Source: Methanothermobacter thermautotrophicus str. Delta H
GTDB taxonomy: Archaea; Methanobacteriota; Methanobacteria; Methanobacteriales; Methanothermobacteraceae
NCBI RefSeq assembly: GCF_000008645.1
Contig: NC_000916.1
Span: forward strand, 1,290,001-1,322,000
Direction of reading: 5' to 3'
Length of the DNA: 32,000 nt
Shown here: positions 10,076 to 20,269 of the stretch, piece by piece
Numbering within the stretch: position 1 is the stretch's first letter
How the letters are laid out: each line of letters begins with the position of its first letter
Made by a program: the position numbers and the translations under genes
The notes under the pieces: generated by a model
Databases searched by the model: none
Told to the model about the DNA's origin: nothing
The model's input: the letters and a program-made list of their open reading frames with translations, nothing else

Positions 10076-10140
10076 GTGATATCTGGAGCAGCATATCAAA
10101 GGCGCTGCTTCACCGGCGCATAAGAAAGTGATATCTGGAG
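10076..10140 (+). promoter_or_regulatory. two perfect 13-nt direct repeats GTGATATCTGGAG (10076-10088 and 10128-10140) flanking a small hairpin; candidate operator upstream of the wHTH regulator gene
   Basis: Read directly. The copies are 52 nt apart, each contains the GATATC palindrome, and GGAGCAGC/GCTGCTTC (10085-10111) can form a hairpin between them. Confidence 0.4.
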
Positions 10141-10181
10141 GGACCACCATAACTCCATCCAGAACTTTGAATGTGGTCCCT

Positions 10182-10466
10182 ATGAAGAGGTTGTTATGGT
10201 GGCTTCTTGCAGGTACAAGGGGAGGTCACAACCGTGGGAGGATAATCCGGATGCTGCATGAGAGACCATACAATAACAACCAGCTGGCCGAGGCACTGGG
10301 ACTTGACTACAAGACAGTTCAGCATCATCTGAGGGTCCTTGAGAAGAATAAGATCATAGTATCCTCAGGGGAGAGGTATGGTAAAATGTACTTTCTTTCA
10401 GATGTAATGGAGGATAATTACCCCCTCTTTGAGGAGATATGGAGCAGAATCGAGGTGTGCGAATGA
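10182..10466 (+). CDS. ArsR-like winged helix-turn-helix transcriptional regulator
   Basis: MKRLLWWLLAGTRGGHNRGRIIRMLHERPYNNNQLAEALGLDYKTVQHHLRVLEKNKIIVSSGERYGKMYF shows an HTH plus wing pattern. The track ORF starts at GTG 10128, but I prefer ATG 10182, from my recollection that homologues start at MKRLLWW. Confidence 0.75.
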   Translation: MKRLLWWLLAGTRGGHNRGRIIRMLHERPYNNNQLAEALGLDYKTVQHHLRVLEKNKIIVSSGERYGKMYFLSDVMEDNYPLFEEIWSRIEVCE

Positions 10467-10780
10467 GGGGAAGGGGTGCCCATGATTTCATCCAGGACCA
10501 GAACTTCACGTTCCTGGCCATAATAGTGGGGCTTTTGAATGTTTTCCTTCTCCTGATCCTTCTCGGAATTTATCTTTCAAGCTACAGGAAGATAAAGTCC
10601 AGCTTCACACTGGGACTGGTGGCCTTCACAGTCCTTCTGATATTGCAGAACACAATATTCATAATCTTCATGGTAACCAGGGAAGGATTCAGGGGTCATG
10701 GAATCGGATTTCCTGTTCTGAGTGTTAATATATGCCAGTTTGCAGCTTTAACAGTACTCCTGAGGATAGCATGGGAATAG
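10463..10780 (+). CDS. small 3-TM membrane protein, translationally coupled to the wHTH regulator
   Basis: ATGA start/stop overlap at 10463-10466 (alternative ATG at 10439). Three hydrophobic segments. No recognisable family. Confidence 0.6.
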   Translation: MRGRGAHDFIQDQNFTFLAIIVGLLNVFLLLILLGIYLSSYRKIKSSFTLGLVAFTVLLILQNTIFIIFMVTREGFRGHGIGFPVLSVNICQFAALTVLLRIAWE

Positions 10781-10953
10781 TCTGTGTCTGCGGCCGCCTT
10801 ACCGTAGCTGGGCAGTGGTCTGCGCTGAGGGAGTAAGCCTGTGAAGTGTATGTGAATCATTACAGGTGTGTGGTCCGTGCTGGAAATTTAAGGCTGTGAA
10901 CTATATATATGTGAATCATTATAGGATTACTAAATCAGTTAAGGGGATTAATA

Positions 10954-11157
10954 ATGAAGGGCAGTGACAAGGAATTCAGGGTTAACAAACAGTTTCTGAA
11001 ATTTAAAAATAAGAACGTTCTACTCACCCTGAAGAACAATGAAGAAACAAGGGGAAAACTCATATCAATCGACAACTACCTTAACACGGTTCTACAGACA
11101 GAAGAGGGCCTTCAGTTTATTAAGGGCACCAAGATAGCCTTCATAGCCATGGAATAA
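10954..11157 (+). CDS. Sm-like (LSm) fold protein
   Basis: 67-aa ORF with AAGGGGA RBS. NKNVLLTLKNNEETRGKLISIDNYLNTVLQ fits the Sm1 motif pattern (V.L.LK.G....G.L...D.YMN.VL). Confidence 0.55.
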   Translation: MKGSDKEFRVNKQFLKFKNKNVLLTLKNNEETRGKLISIDNYLNTVLQTEEGLQFIKGTKIAFIAME

Positions 11158-11191
11158 GTGGGCACTGATTTTATCGGTGGAGGACCGGTAG

Positions 11192-12193
11192 CTAAACCTC
11201 CACCTCTATTCCAAGGATCTCCCTTTTACCATTATATATGTCTCTTGCTATCTGGCACTTCCCATGGAGCCTGAGGTGGGAATCCGTACACCTTACATCT
11301 GCGATTTCCTTCACCATATCCTTCAGCTTTCCATGGAAGTCATAGGGTTCCCTCATGGCACCAACAGATCCCGTGAGGACGATTCCATCGATTCCACTGG
11401 AGATACCTGCAAGTCCCCATATCTCCATGGCAATGGTCATCATCATGGTATCGAGGGCAAGCCTAGCCTCATCCCGACCTGCACGGTACATCTCAAGGAG
11501 TTCCTCCCTGGCCCTTGAGACCTTTGTGTCGATACCCGCTATCTTAACTGCTCCTGCATGTGAAAAACATTCATTCGCTGTTTTCTCACCATCGTCTATT
11601 TTCCTGAGCATTTCAAGGTCAAGGGGTCCGTGTATAACTCCCATGGCACCTACACATGCATCCATGGCACCGACTATCCTGCCATCCTGTATCAGCATCG
11701 TGACGGTATTTGAACTTATGTCTGATACGATCATATTCTCCCAGCCGGTCTCAAGGTATGCGTTGTAGCAGATGCTCACCTTCTCGGGGCTCGCATGGTG
11801 GGAGTAGGCTGCCCTGAACCTCTCATCAAGGCAGGGCGTGTTCCGGTGGAGGCCAGGTATGAGGAGGGTGGGTATCCCCGATGATTCGATTTCACTGTAT
11901 ACTGCTGTTCCACCGCCTGTGACCTTACCTGCCCCTCCAATGGAGATTATACCCCTGTTTTTCACCCTCTCAATGGGCTTTATGGTGCTTATGGCGTCAC
12001 CCATGGCATAGGTTATTGCCATGAGGTCTATCTCGTTGAGGGGAACCCTATCTTTGAGTTCATCAAGGGCGGAGGCTCTACCTGTTGATAGGTCCTCCCT
12101 CCCTATCTTGAAGTGTTCAGCATCATCACCGAGGATGGTGAAGGAGACACCCGTGGTCCCATGGTCCATACCCACGAATACCAAACCAACCAC
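11192..12193 (-). CDS. ASKHA-fold (BadF/BcrAD-like) ATPase, methanogenesis marker protein 12 / UPF0285-like
   Basis: 333-aa ORF with GMDHGTTGVSF (phosphate-1 motif of sugar-kinase/Hsp70/actin-fold proteins) and a second GG..GTG region. The family name is recalled, not searched. The start is uncertain (GTG 12193, TTG 12184 or ATG 12169). Confidence 0.6.
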   Translation of the reverse strand: MVGLVFVGMDHGTTGVSFTILGDDAEHFKIGREDLSTGRASALDELKDRVPLNEIDLMAITYAMGDAISTIKPIERVKNRGIISIGGAGKVTGGGTAVYSEIESSGIPTLLIPGLHRNTPCLDERFRAAYSHHASPEKVSICYNAYLETGWENMIVSDISSNTVTMLIQDGRIVGAMDACVGAMGVIHGPLDLEMLRKIDDGEKTANECFSHAGAVKIAGIDTKVSRAREELLEMYRAGRDEARLALDTMMMTIAMEIWGLAGISSGIDGIVLTGSVGAMREPYDFHGKLKDMVKEIADVRCTDSHLRLHGKCQIARDIYNGKREILGIEVEV

Positions 12194-12216
12194 CTGAAAA
12201 AGAAGTTAAGGGGGGT

Positions 12217-13203
12217 TTACTTCTCGAGTCCGCAGAGTTTCCTCAGCTTTGACCCGACTTCCTCTATCTCCAGTTCACTCTCCAGCTTCCTCATCCTCTT
12301 GAGCATGGGGGCACCCGCCCTGTTCTCAAGGGCCCACTCCTTGGCGAATTTACCGTTCTGGATCTCCTTGAGGATCTCATCCATTTCCTTCTCAGTCTCC
12401 TCTGTTATGATCCTTCCTCTCCTTGTAAGGCCGCCGAACTCTGCGGTGTTACTCACATTGTGCCACATCCCCCTGAATCCCCTCTCATAGATGAGGTCCA
12501 CTATGAGTTTGAGTTCATGGCAGGTTTCAAAGTAGGCTATCTCTGGCTGGTAACCGGCCCTCACAAGGGTTTTGAATGCCGTGTTTATGAGTTCTGTGAC
12601 ACCACCACAGAGCACAGCCTGCTCACCGAACAGGTCTGTCTCTGTTTCCTCCCTGAAGGTCGTCTCAAGGACCCCTGCCCTGGCAAGTCCACATGCCTTT
12701 GCCATTGCAAGTGCCTGCTCCATTGCATCGCCTGTTGCATCAACCTCAACAGCCACAAGGCCGGGTATGCCGAAGCCCTCAAGGTAGGTCCTCCTTACCA
12801 TGGCACCCGGACCCTTCGGGGCCACCATTGTAACGTTGACTCCTTCGGGTGCCTTTATGTAGCCGTAGTGTATGTTGTATCCATGTGAGAAGGATATGGT
12901 GTTACCCTCCTTGAGGTAGGGCCTTATTGACTGTTCGAAAACGGTTTCCTGTATCTCATCGGGTATGAGTATGTGTATGATGTCGGCCTCCCTTGAGGCG
13001 TCCTCGATGGTCATGACATTCATGCCATCATCATGGGCCTTCTTCCAGGAGCTACCACCCCTTCTGAGTCCAACTATCACGTTGAGTCCGCTGTCAGCCA
13101 TGTTCCTGGCCTGGGCTTCGCCCTGGCTCCCGTAACCTATAACCGCTATCTTTTTATCTGCCAGTATCTCCATGTCAATGTCATTTTCATAGTATATCTT
13201 CAT
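12217..13203 (-). CDS. ilvC: ketol-acid reductoisomerase
   Basis: [39 protein letters not shown]... is a class I KARI with Rossmann motif GYGSQG. Start trimmed from 13218 to ATG 13203. Confidence 0.95.
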   Translation of the reverse strand: MKIYYENDIDMEILADKKIAVIGYGSQGEAQARNMADSGLNVIVGLRRGGSSWKKAHDDGMNVMTIEDASREADIIHILIPDEIQETVFEQSIRPYLKEGNTISFSHGYNIHYGYIKAPEGVNVTMVAPKGPGAMVRRTYLEGFGIPGLVAVEVDATGDAMEQALAMAKACGLARAGVLETTFREETETDLFGEQAVLCGGVTELINTAFKTLVRAGYQPEIAYFETCHELKLIVDLIYERGFRGMWHNVSNTAEFGGLTRRGRIITEETEKEMDEILKEIQNGKFAKEWALENRAGAPMLKRMRKLESELEIEEVGSKLRKLCGLEK

Positions 13204-13293
13204 AAAAAACCTCCTCAAGTTCTAATTAACAGCTCATTTAAAATAAAATTTATGGGAGTCCCGGTCTGATCCGGAATTTTTCCGCATTGAGCA

Positions 13294-13803
13294 TCACATT
13301 GTCCTGCTTCCACGGGACATTGCAGTTGGCCCTGTCCTTGCGAGTTCCTTTATTCCAAAGTTCCTCAGAAGCTCCAGGAAGGCGTCTATCTTTTCAGAGT
13401 CCCCTGTAACCTCAACTGTCAGGGCATCGGGACTCACATCCACTATCCTCCCCCTGAATATGTTGGTGTACTGTATTATCTCTGACCTTTCACTCTCTGA
13501 TGGGGCGTGGACCTTGACCATGCAGAGCTCCCTCTTAACAGTTGCCGCGGGTTCAAGGTCCCTGACCTTTATGACGTCTATGAGCTTGTTCAGCTGCTTT
13601 GTTATCTGCTCAAGCACCCTGTCGTCGCCCCTGGCGATTATTGTCATCCTGGCAATGCCTGGGGTTTCTGATTCCCCGACCGTTATGTTTTCAATGTTGA
13701 ATCCACGTCTTGTGAAGAGTCCTGCAACTCGCTGGAGCACTCCTGGTTTGTGCTCCACGAGGGCGCTTATGATATGGGTATCGGGTTCCATCTCAATCAC
13801 CAT
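13294..13803 (-). CDS. ilvN: acetolactate synthase small (regulatory, ACT-domain) subunit
   Basis: [34 protein letters not shown] is an ACT domain. Start candidates are ATG 13803 (overlaps the ilvB stop by 11 nt, GGAAGGCGG upstream) and ATG 13791 (GGTGAT upstream). The track start at 13851 lies inside ilvB and is rejected. Confidence 0.9.
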   Translation of the reverse strand: MVIEMEPDTHIISALVEHKPGVLQRVAGLFTRRGFNIENITVGESETPGIARMTIIARGDDRVLEQITKQLNKLIDVIKVRDLEPAATVKRELCMVKVHAPSESERSEIIQYTNIFRGRIVDVSPDALTVEVTGDSEKIDAFLELLRNFGIKELARTGPTAMSRGSRTM

Positions 13804-15517
13804 CCGCCTTCCCTGGGGAGTATTTAATTTCCTGGGGGTCCTCCCTTTCAACCCGGTACTCCCCCACTATCTCGGTGAGACCACAGCCGGGGGGGACCAT
13901 GGGGAGTATCTCATCAGGATCTATCACTATATCAAGGAGGGCAGGTTCACCAGACCTTATTGCCCTTGAAAGGGCTTCAGAGGTTTCACCGGGTTCCTCT
14001 ATCCTCTCAGCCTCCACTCCAAATGATTCAGCCAGCTTCACAAAGTCCGGAACTTCGCCCAGGTGTGTATGGGACATTCTCTCATCATAGAAGAGGCGCT
14101 GCCACTGCGCCACCATTCCAAGGTGCCTGTTGTCCATGATACATATCACCACCGGGATGTCGTATTCCCTTATGGTTGCAAGGTCCTGGCAGACCATGAG
14201 GAATCCGCCGTCACCGCACACTGCAACAACGTCACTATCAGGCAGTGCCACCTTGGCACCTATGGCGGCTGGAAAACCGAAGCCCATTGTTCCAAGGCCT
14301 CCTGATGATATGAACTTTCTGGGGGCACGGGATGTGTAGAAGTGGGCCATCCACATCTGGTTCTGTCCCACATCCGTTGTAACGACCGTCTCGTCATCAA
14401 GGACCTGGCTTATCTCCTTTATAACCTGCTGGGGCTTCAGGGGCACCTCATCATAGCTCATCCTTGGCATGCAATCGGCACGGAATTTCTGGACGCTTTC
14501 AAGCCATTGGCTGTCCCTCTTTTCATATTTTTTGAGTTTTGCTATGAGTTCCCTGAGGACGTTTCTTGCATCTCCAACGATGGGGACATCAACCCCAACG
14601 TTCTTACCTATCTCAGCGGGGTCGATGTCGACGTGTATTATCCTGGCGTTGGGGGCGAATTCTGCAACGTTCCCTGTTGTACGGTCTGAGAATCTGCATC
14701 CAACGGCTATGAGGCAGTCGCATTCGTCCACTGTCAGGTTCGCCACCTTGCGGCCGTGCATGCCGAGCATACCCATGGCTGAAGGGTGGTCCTCAGGAAA
14801 GGAACCCTTACCAAGGAGTGTTGTTGTCACCGGGGCCTTTATGAGATCTGATAATTCCTTTATCTCCCTGGACGCCCCTGATATTATAACTCCTCCACCA
14901 GCAAGTATGACGGGTTTTTCTGACCTCCTTATGAGTTCAGCGGCCCTCTTTATCTGGAGGGGGTGGCCCTTTACATTGGGCCTGTACCCTGGGAGCTCCA
15001 GGTCATCAACCTCCTCCATGATCTCCTGTTCCTGTATATCCTTGGGGAGGTCTATAACAACCGGTCCTGGCCGTCCTGTCTTTGCTATGTGGAAGCTTGC
15101 CCTGACAATTGCAGGTATCTCGCTGGCGTCTGATGGCTGGAAACTGTGCTTGGTGATGGGCATGGTTATCCCTATCATGTCCACCTCCTGGAATGCATCA
15201 TTTCCAATGAGGTGTGTTGGGACCTGACCTGCAATGGCCACGATGGGGGCTGAGTCCATGTAGGCCGTTGCAATGCCTGTTACAAGGTTTGTTGCCCCGG
15301 GACCGGAGGTAGCTATGCAGACCCCCACCCTTCCTGAGGCCCTTGCATATCCGTCTGCAGCGTGTGCTGCGCACTGTTCATGTCTTACGAGGATGTGTTT
15401 AAGTTCAGAATCATAGAGCATATCATAGAGTGGCAGTAACTGTCCACCGGGGTATCCGAATACGGTGTCTGCTCCCTGATCCAGAAGTGATCTGATTATT
15501 GCCTGGCCACCTTTCAT
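13793..15517 (-). CDS. ilvB: acetolactate synthase large (catalytic, ThDP-dependent) subunit
   Basis: [25 protein letters not shown]...[16 protein letters not shown]...GDGGF are ThDP-enzyme motifs. ATG 15517 sits 6 nt after a GGTG RBS; the track start 15526 is a GTG. Confidence 0.95.
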   Translation of the reverse strand: MKGGQAIIRSLLDQGADTVFGYPGGQLLPLYDMLYDSELKHILVRHEQCAAHAADGYARASGRVGVCIATSGPGATNLVTGIATAYMDSAPIVAIAGQVPTHLIGNDAFQEVDMIGITMPITKHSFQPSDASEIPAIVRASFHIAKTGRPGPVVIDLPKDIQEQEIMEEVDDLELPGYRPNVKGHPLQIKRAAELIRRSEKPVILAGGGVIISGASREIKELSDLIKAPVTTTLLGKGSFPEDHPSAMGMLGMHGRKVANLTVDECDCLIAVGCRFSDRTTGNVAEFAPNARIIHVDIDPAEIGKNVGVDVPIVGDARNVLRELIAKLKKYEKRDSQWLESVQKFRADCMPRMSYDEVPLKPQQVIKEISQVLDDETVVTTDVGQNQMWMAHFYTSRAPRKFISSGGLGTMGFGFPAAIGAKVALPDSDVVAVCGDGGFLMVCQDLATIREYDIPVVICIMDNRHLGMVAQWQRLFYDERMSHTHLGEVPDFVKLAESFGVEAERIEEPGETSEALSRAIRSGEPALLDIVIDPDEILPMVPPGCGLTEIVGEYRVEREDPQEIKYSPGKADGD

Positions 15518-15539
15518 TGGAAACACCTTGAACGGAATC

Positions 15540-15559
15540 TGTCATTATTATTAATGACA
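15540..15559. promoter_or_regulatory. perfect 8-bp inverted repeat TGTCATTA-TTAT-TAATGACA in the ilvB/purD divergent promoter region
   Basis: Read directly. It lies 22-42 nt upstream of the ilvB ATG and downstream (minus strand) of an A/T-rich TATA-like segment at about 15566-15582, so it would cover the ilvB transcription start region. Confidence 0.45.
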
Positions 15560-15653
15560 TATTTCCTATAAAATATATACTTTCAAATAAGTGCTAAGAT
15601 TATATAAAACAATAGGGAGATTTAACCTTATCAATTTCCAGGAGGATTATCCG

Positions 15654-16964
15654 ATGAAAATACTTGTTGTGGGAACAGGAGCAAGGGAACATGCCATATG
15701 CAGTGCACTGGCAGATGAAGCAACCATATACTCTGTGATGGGTAACAGAAACCCGGGTATATCAAGGCTCGCAGGGAATTCACTGTTGCTCCTGAAGTTG
15801 ACACCGAAGGTGGTCAGGTTCGCATCAGAGAAGGGAGTTGACATGGCATTCATAGGGCCGGAGGCCCACCTTGAGGCTGGACTGGTGGACGCCCTTGAGG
15901 AGGCAGGTATACCCTCGGTGGGACCCACCAGGGATGCAGCCCGCATCGAAACAGATAAATCATTCATGCGCAAACTCTTTGAGGATTACAGAATACCGGG
16001 GTCAATAACCTACCGGGTCTTCAGTGACCCTGAGGAGCTACGTGAATTCATGGAAGACTTTGACAGTGAGGCAGTTGTAAAGCCAGTCGGCCTCACAGGA
16101 GGAAAGGGCGTCAAGATAGTTGGAGAACACCTCAGGGATAACATGGAGGCCCTCAAATACGCAACAGAGGTCATTGAGAAAAGGATAGGCGGTCATCCCA
16201 GTGTGGTGATAGAGGAGCGGGTTGTTGGAGAGGAATTCACTGTACAGGCCTTCTCCGACGGTGAACACATAGTGCCAATGCCAGCAGTCCAGGACCACCC
16301 CCACGCCTATGAGGGCGACCAGGGCCCCATAACAGGAGGGATGGGATCATATTCTGACTCAGACGGGCTTCTTCCATTCCTGACACAGAAGGACTATGAA
16401 GACGCCGTGGAAATAATGCAGAGGACGGTTGATGCCATAAGGAAGGAGACAGGGCCCTACAGGGGCATACTTTATGGTCAGTTCATGCTCTCTGCAGATG
16501 GTCCGAAACTCATAGAGTACAATGCACGATTCGGTGACCCTGAGGCAATGAACGTGCTCCCATTACTTGAATCCAGCATGCTGGAAATATGTGAGGGTAT
16601 AGTGGATGGAAACCTTAAATCAGCAAGTTTCATGAACCTTGCAACGGTCTGCAAGTATCTGGTACCTGAGGGCTACCCTGAATCAGGTGTTGCCGGCGCC
16701 GAGATAAAGGTTGACGAGAAGAAGATAGAGGATATGGGCGTCATAACCTATTATGCGGCTGTGAACCAGGAGGATGATCACATATACACATCATCATCCC
16801 GTGCACTTGCACTCGTGGCCCCTGCAGATGACATATACTCTGCAGAGGAGCTCTGTGAGGAAGCAACGGCCCATGTGAAGGGAAGGCTCTACCACAGGAG
16901 GGATATAGGTACCAGGGAACTCGTTGAGAAGAGGATTAAACATATGGAGGACCTGCGGTCCTGA
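15654..16964 (+). CDS. purD: phosphoribosylamine-glycine ligase
   Basis: [19 protein letters not shown]..., an ATP-grasp enzyme, with GGAGGA RBS at 15641-15646. The 5' extension to 15591 is rejected. Confidence 0.93.
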   Translation: MKILVVGTGAREHAICSALADEATIYSVMGNRNPGISRLAGNSLLLLKLTPKVVRFASEKGVDMAFIGPEAHLEAGLVDALEEAGIPSVGPTRDAARIETDKSFMRKLFEDYRIPGSITYRVFSDPEELREFMEDFDSEAVVKPVGLTGGKGVKIVGEHLRDNMEALKYATEVIEKRIGGHPSVVIEERVVGEEFTVQAFSDGEHIVPMPAVQDHPHAYEGDQGPITGGMGSYSDSDGLLPFLTQKDYEDAVEIMQRTVDAIRKETGPYRGILYGQFMLSADGPKLIEYNARFGDPEAMNVLPLLESSMLEICEGIVDGNLKSASFMNLATVCKYLVPEGYPESGVAGAEIKVDEKKIEDMGVITYYAAVNQEDDHIYTSSSRALALVAPADDIYSAEELCEEATAHVKGRLYHRRDIGTRELVEKRIKHMEDLRS

Positions 16965-16977
16965 GGGAGTTGGGCAG

Positions 16978-17883
16978 ATGAAGCACCTTCTATCTGTATG
17001 TGACATGGATAACGTGGTGGACCTCCTTGACCTCGCAGATGACTACAAGGAGGGGAAGATCAGGGAAAAGATCCTCAGGGGTAAAACACTTGCCATGATC
17101 TTTGAGAAGTCATCAACAAGGACCAGGGTATCCTTTGAGGTTGGGGCATTCCAGATGGGGGCTCAGCCCCTCTACCTCTCTGCATCGGACCTTCAGCTTG
17201 GAAGGGGCGAACCAATAGCGGATACAGCAAGGACCCTCAGCAGATACGTTGATGGAATAATGATAAGGGCCATAAGTCACTCCGACGTGGTTGAACTTGC
17301 AGGCGAGGCATCTGTCCCGGTCATCAATGGTCTGACAGACCTGGAACATCCATGCCAGGCCCTGGCCGATATGCAGACCATCAGGGAGAAGCTGGGGGGA
17401 TTCGATGGAAGGCTGGTTTTTGTGGGTGATGGTAACAATGTCTGCCACTCTCTCCTCCTCATAACAGCCACCCTGGGGATGGACATGGATGTTGCCTGCC
17501 CCCCCGGCTATGAACCTGACCCCGGCATCAGGGAGATGGCAGGGAAAATAGCAGATGAGACAGGTTCACGGATAAGGGTAATTCATGATCCCTCCGAGGC
17601 TGTCAGGGGGGCCGACGTGGTTTACACCGATGTCTGGGTGAGCATGGGATATGAAGACGAGGCTGAGGACCGTTTAGAGGTCTTCAGACCATACCAGGTG
17701 AATATGGAGCTCATGGAACTTGCAGCTCCCGAAGCCATATTCATGCACTGCCTGCCGGCTGTGAGGGGCCAGGAGACAACAGCCGAGGTTATTGACGGTC
17801 CCCATTCGGTTGTCTGGGATCAGGCAGAAAACAGGCTCCATGCCCAGAAGGCCATAATGCACTGGCTCATGGGGGATATATGA
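16978..17883 (+). CDS. argF: ornithine carbamoyltransferase
   Basis: Motifs STRTR, HPCQ, DVWVSMG and HCLP. Start at ATG 16978, just after the purD stop, with a GAGGGAG RBS. Confidence 0.93.
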   Translation: MKHLLSVCDMDNVVDLLDLADDYKEGKIREKILRGKTLAMIFEKSSTRTRVSFEVGAFQMGAQPLYLSASDLQLGRGEPIADTARTLSRYVDGIMIRAISHSDVVELAGEASVPVINGLTDLEHPCQALADMQTIREKLGGFDGRLVFVGDGNNVCHSLLLITATLGMDMDVACPPGYEPDPGIREMAGKIADETGSRIRVIHDPSEAVRGADVVYTDVWVSMGYEDEAEDRLEVFRPYQVNMELMELAAPEAIFMHCLPAVRGQETTAEVIDGPHSVVWDQAENRLHAQKAIMHWLMGDI

Positions 17884-18093
17884 GTTCCACTCAGCAGGTT
17901 TATGGGCTTAAAGCTCATTAAAACCTTATCATATTCATTCAGGACACCAGAATCGTGACGCAGGGTGTATGGCAGGATCATATTCTTACCCCAGAATGCC
18001 ACTGATGCATGTTTAAAGAAATTTTTCATCCGTCAATTAATTAATAGAAAAACCTTAATGATCGTGATCCAGTCCAAAGACTCCAGGCCACTC

Positions 18094-18101
18094 AAAAAAA
18101 A
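18094..18101 (-). terminator. T8 tract (minus strand) about 26 nt downstream of the argS stop
   Basis: An A8 run on the plus strand equals T8 on the argS strand. It lies in the convergent argF/argS intergenic region. Confidence 0.5.
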
Positions 18102-18126
18102 TTTTAATGAAGGATCCGAAGTGATC

Positions 18127-19809
18127 CTACATGGTCTCCGGGGCATGAATTCCCAGGAGATTGAGGGCGTTTCTGAGGGTTTTTCTAACAGAATCAACAA
18201 GTCTAAGGCGTGCACCCTCAAAATCAGATCCTATAACAGGCGTGGACCTGTAGAAACTGTTGAAGGTATTTGCAAGGTCCTGGGCATACTGTGCCACAGG
18301 GTGAACCCTCCTTGCAAGTGCAGATTCTTCAACCACCACAGGGAAACGTGCAAGAAGACGGACAAGTTCTCTCTCATCACCTTCGGGCTTCCATCCATCT
18401 TCAATATCCTCCTCACCAGTGAATGACGCCTTCTCAAGGAGTTTACATGCCCTTGCATGGGCGTACTGGATGGATGCACAGCCACGCTCAAAGCTGAGGG
18501 CATCATCCCACCGGAATACGATGTGCTTCTCGGGTGAGAGCCTTGCTATGTAGTACCTTATGGCACCGTTGCCGATGGACTCTGCAATATCATCTGCAAC
18601 ATCATCGGGAAGATCCCGCCGCTTTTTAACCTCATGAAGGGCCCTGCTGTGGGCTTCATCCATAAGCTCATCCACGGATATGAACACACCCCTCCTGGTG
18701 GACATTGAACCCTCAGGGAGTGTTATGAACTCATAGAATATGACCTCGGGTCTTTTACCTCCCAGGAGTTCCACTGCAATCCCCACCTGCTCGGCTGCAA
18801 GTTTATGGTCCGATCCAAGGACATCGATGATAACATCCCCCTCCTCTGACTTCTGGAGGTGGTAGGCTATGTCCCTGGTTGAGTAGAGGGAGGTTCCATC
18901 TGACCGTGTGAGCACCAGTTCCTTCTCAAGGCCGAATTCCTCAAGGTCGAGGTATAGGACGTCGTTCTCGCCGGTGTAACCGGTTTTTCTGAGGGATTCT
19001 ATCACCCTGTCAACGGTACCATCCCTTACGAACTGGCCCTCCCATACGAAGCGGTCGTGGTGAACGTGGAGCCTTTTCATGGTCTCCTCCATCCCGCTGA
19101 GGCAGTACTCAACAACCTTCCTGAATAGCTCCTCGTTCTCCCCTGCCTCATACTTCCTTATTAGTTCATCCACCTCGTCCCTGATCCCTGGATTTTCCTT
19201 TAGCCTCTGGTTGACCTCGAAGTAGAGTTTACCTACCCTGTGGTCCATCTTATCCCCGGGGTAGTCCTCAAGGTCTCCATCAAGGTTCAGCAGGCCCCAG
19301 ACTATCATGGCGATCTGTCTACCCATGTCATTAACATAGTACTGGGTTTCGACGTCGTAGCCAGCCATCCTCAGTATCCTTGCAAGGGAATCCCCTATGA
19401 TGGCGTTCCTTATATGGCCTATGTGAAGGGGACCGTTGGGGTTGGCCGAGGTGTGTTCCAGGATCACCCTCTCATCCCTGGGGGGATGTGAACCGTAGTC
19501 ATCCTGGATGGACTCCAGTAGTCTGCTGGAGAATCTGCCGTAATCGACGAAAAAGTTGATGTAGGGCCCCTTGGATTCAATGGTCTCAAATATTTCAGGG
19601 GTTTCTATCACAGACATTATATCCGCCGTTATTTCAATGGGGGCCCTTCTGAGTTTACCTGCAAGTTCGAAGGATACTGTGGATGCAAGGTCCCCGAGCT
19701 GGGGGTTTGGTGGTTCCTCCAGTTTTATTTCAGGGGGTACCTTTATACCGAGCTTTTCAAGTGCCGCTGTTATTGAATCCCTAGCCTCTTTTTCAATGTA
19801 CCTGAACAT
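18127..19809 (-). CDS. argS: arginine-tRNA ligase
   Basis: 560-aa class I aaRS with the HIGH-type motif ([15 protein letters not shown]), an MSTRRG (KMSKS-like) motif and a C-terminal DALR anticodon-binding region. RBS GGTGA. Confidence 0.95.
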   Translation of the reverse strand: MFRYIEKEARDSITAALEKLGIKVPPEIKLEEPPNPQLGDLASTVSFELAGKLRRAPIEITADIMSVIETPEIFETIESKGPYINFFVDYGRFSSRLLESIQDDYGSHPPRDERVILEHTSANPNGPLHIGHIRNAIIGDSLARILRMAGYDVETQYYVNDMGRQIAMIVWGLLNLDGDLEDYPGDKMDHRVGKLYFEVNQRLKENPGIRDEVDELIRKYEAGENEELFRKVVEYCLSGMEETMKRLHVHHDRFVWEGQFVRDGTVDRVIESLRKTGYTGENDVLYLDLEEFGLEKELVLTRSDGTSLYSTRDIAYHLQKSEEGDVIIDVLGSDHKLAAEQVGIAVELLGGKRPEVIFYEFITLPEGSMSTRRGVFISVDELMDEAHSRALHEVKKRRDLPDDVADDIAESIGNGAIRYYIARLSPEKHIVFRWDDALSFERGCASIQYAHARACKLLEKASFTGEEDIEDGWKPEGDERELVRLLARFPVVVEESALARRVHPVAQYAQDLANTFNSFYRSTPVIGSDFEGARLRLVDSVRKTLRNALNLLGIHAPETM

Positions 19810-19826
19810 CTCTTCACCTGCCTTAT

Positions 19827-20261
19827 TCAGAGTCCCTTAAGCCAGAGTGTTATGTATCCAACCCTAGGTATCATGAGGGGCTGTGAACCCACCGTCAGCA
19901 CCCTCGCCTCAACCTGTGATGGATAGACAGGGGCCGGGTCCGGGTCCTGGTTGTTATCACCCTTTGTGATGTAATATCTGGCCCCGTTTCTGTCAGTCTC
20001 AACGCCTATGACCCGGTGTATCACGGGTTCAGGGAACCAGGTGGCGTCATAGATGATTATGTCACCCTTTCTGATGCTTTCAGGGTCCATCTCCTGGACC
20101 CCGAAGAAGCTGGTCTTCTCGATTATGACGATGTCTCCACGGTAGAAGACGGGTTCCATGCTCCCTGATACAACCACGTTCATGTGCTGGGAGGCAACCA
20201 CTGCCAGCACAAGTAGAAGTAGGTACGCGGCTGCCTCAATTACTTCGCGTCTGTCGTTCAT
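19827..20261 (-). CDS. signal peptidase I, archaeal/eukaryotic Sec11 type (S26B)
   Basis: 144 aa with an N-terminal TM segment, then [16 protein letters not shown] and KGDNN motifs. Confidence 0.88.
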   Translation of the reverse strand: MNDRREVIEAAAYLLLLVLAVVASQHMNVVVSGSMEPVFYRGDIVIIEKTSFFGVQEMDPESIRKGDIIIYDATWFPEPVIHRVIGVETDRNGARYYITKGDNNQDPDPAPVYPSQVEARVLTVGSQPLMIPRVGYITLWLKGL

Positions 20262-20269
20262 ATGGACAC

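Noticed and set aside
14469-15227. Long antisense ORFs opposite ilvB. Other cases: 13460-13969, 20736-21440 and 21447-21803 opposite ilvN, ilvB and ilvD; 4175-4699 opposite uppP; 11355-11768 opposite the ASKHA gene; 29106-29552 opposite the radical SAM gene
   Set aside because: These are shadow ORFs on the opposite strand of strongly supported genes. Their products are low-complexity and Ser/Pro/Ala-rich, with no motifs and no RBS.
17965-18426. 153-aa ORF in the argF/argS convergent intergenic region, running into argS antisense
   Set aside because: It mostly overlaps argS on the opposite strand. It has atypical codon usage, no RBS and no recognisable motifs.
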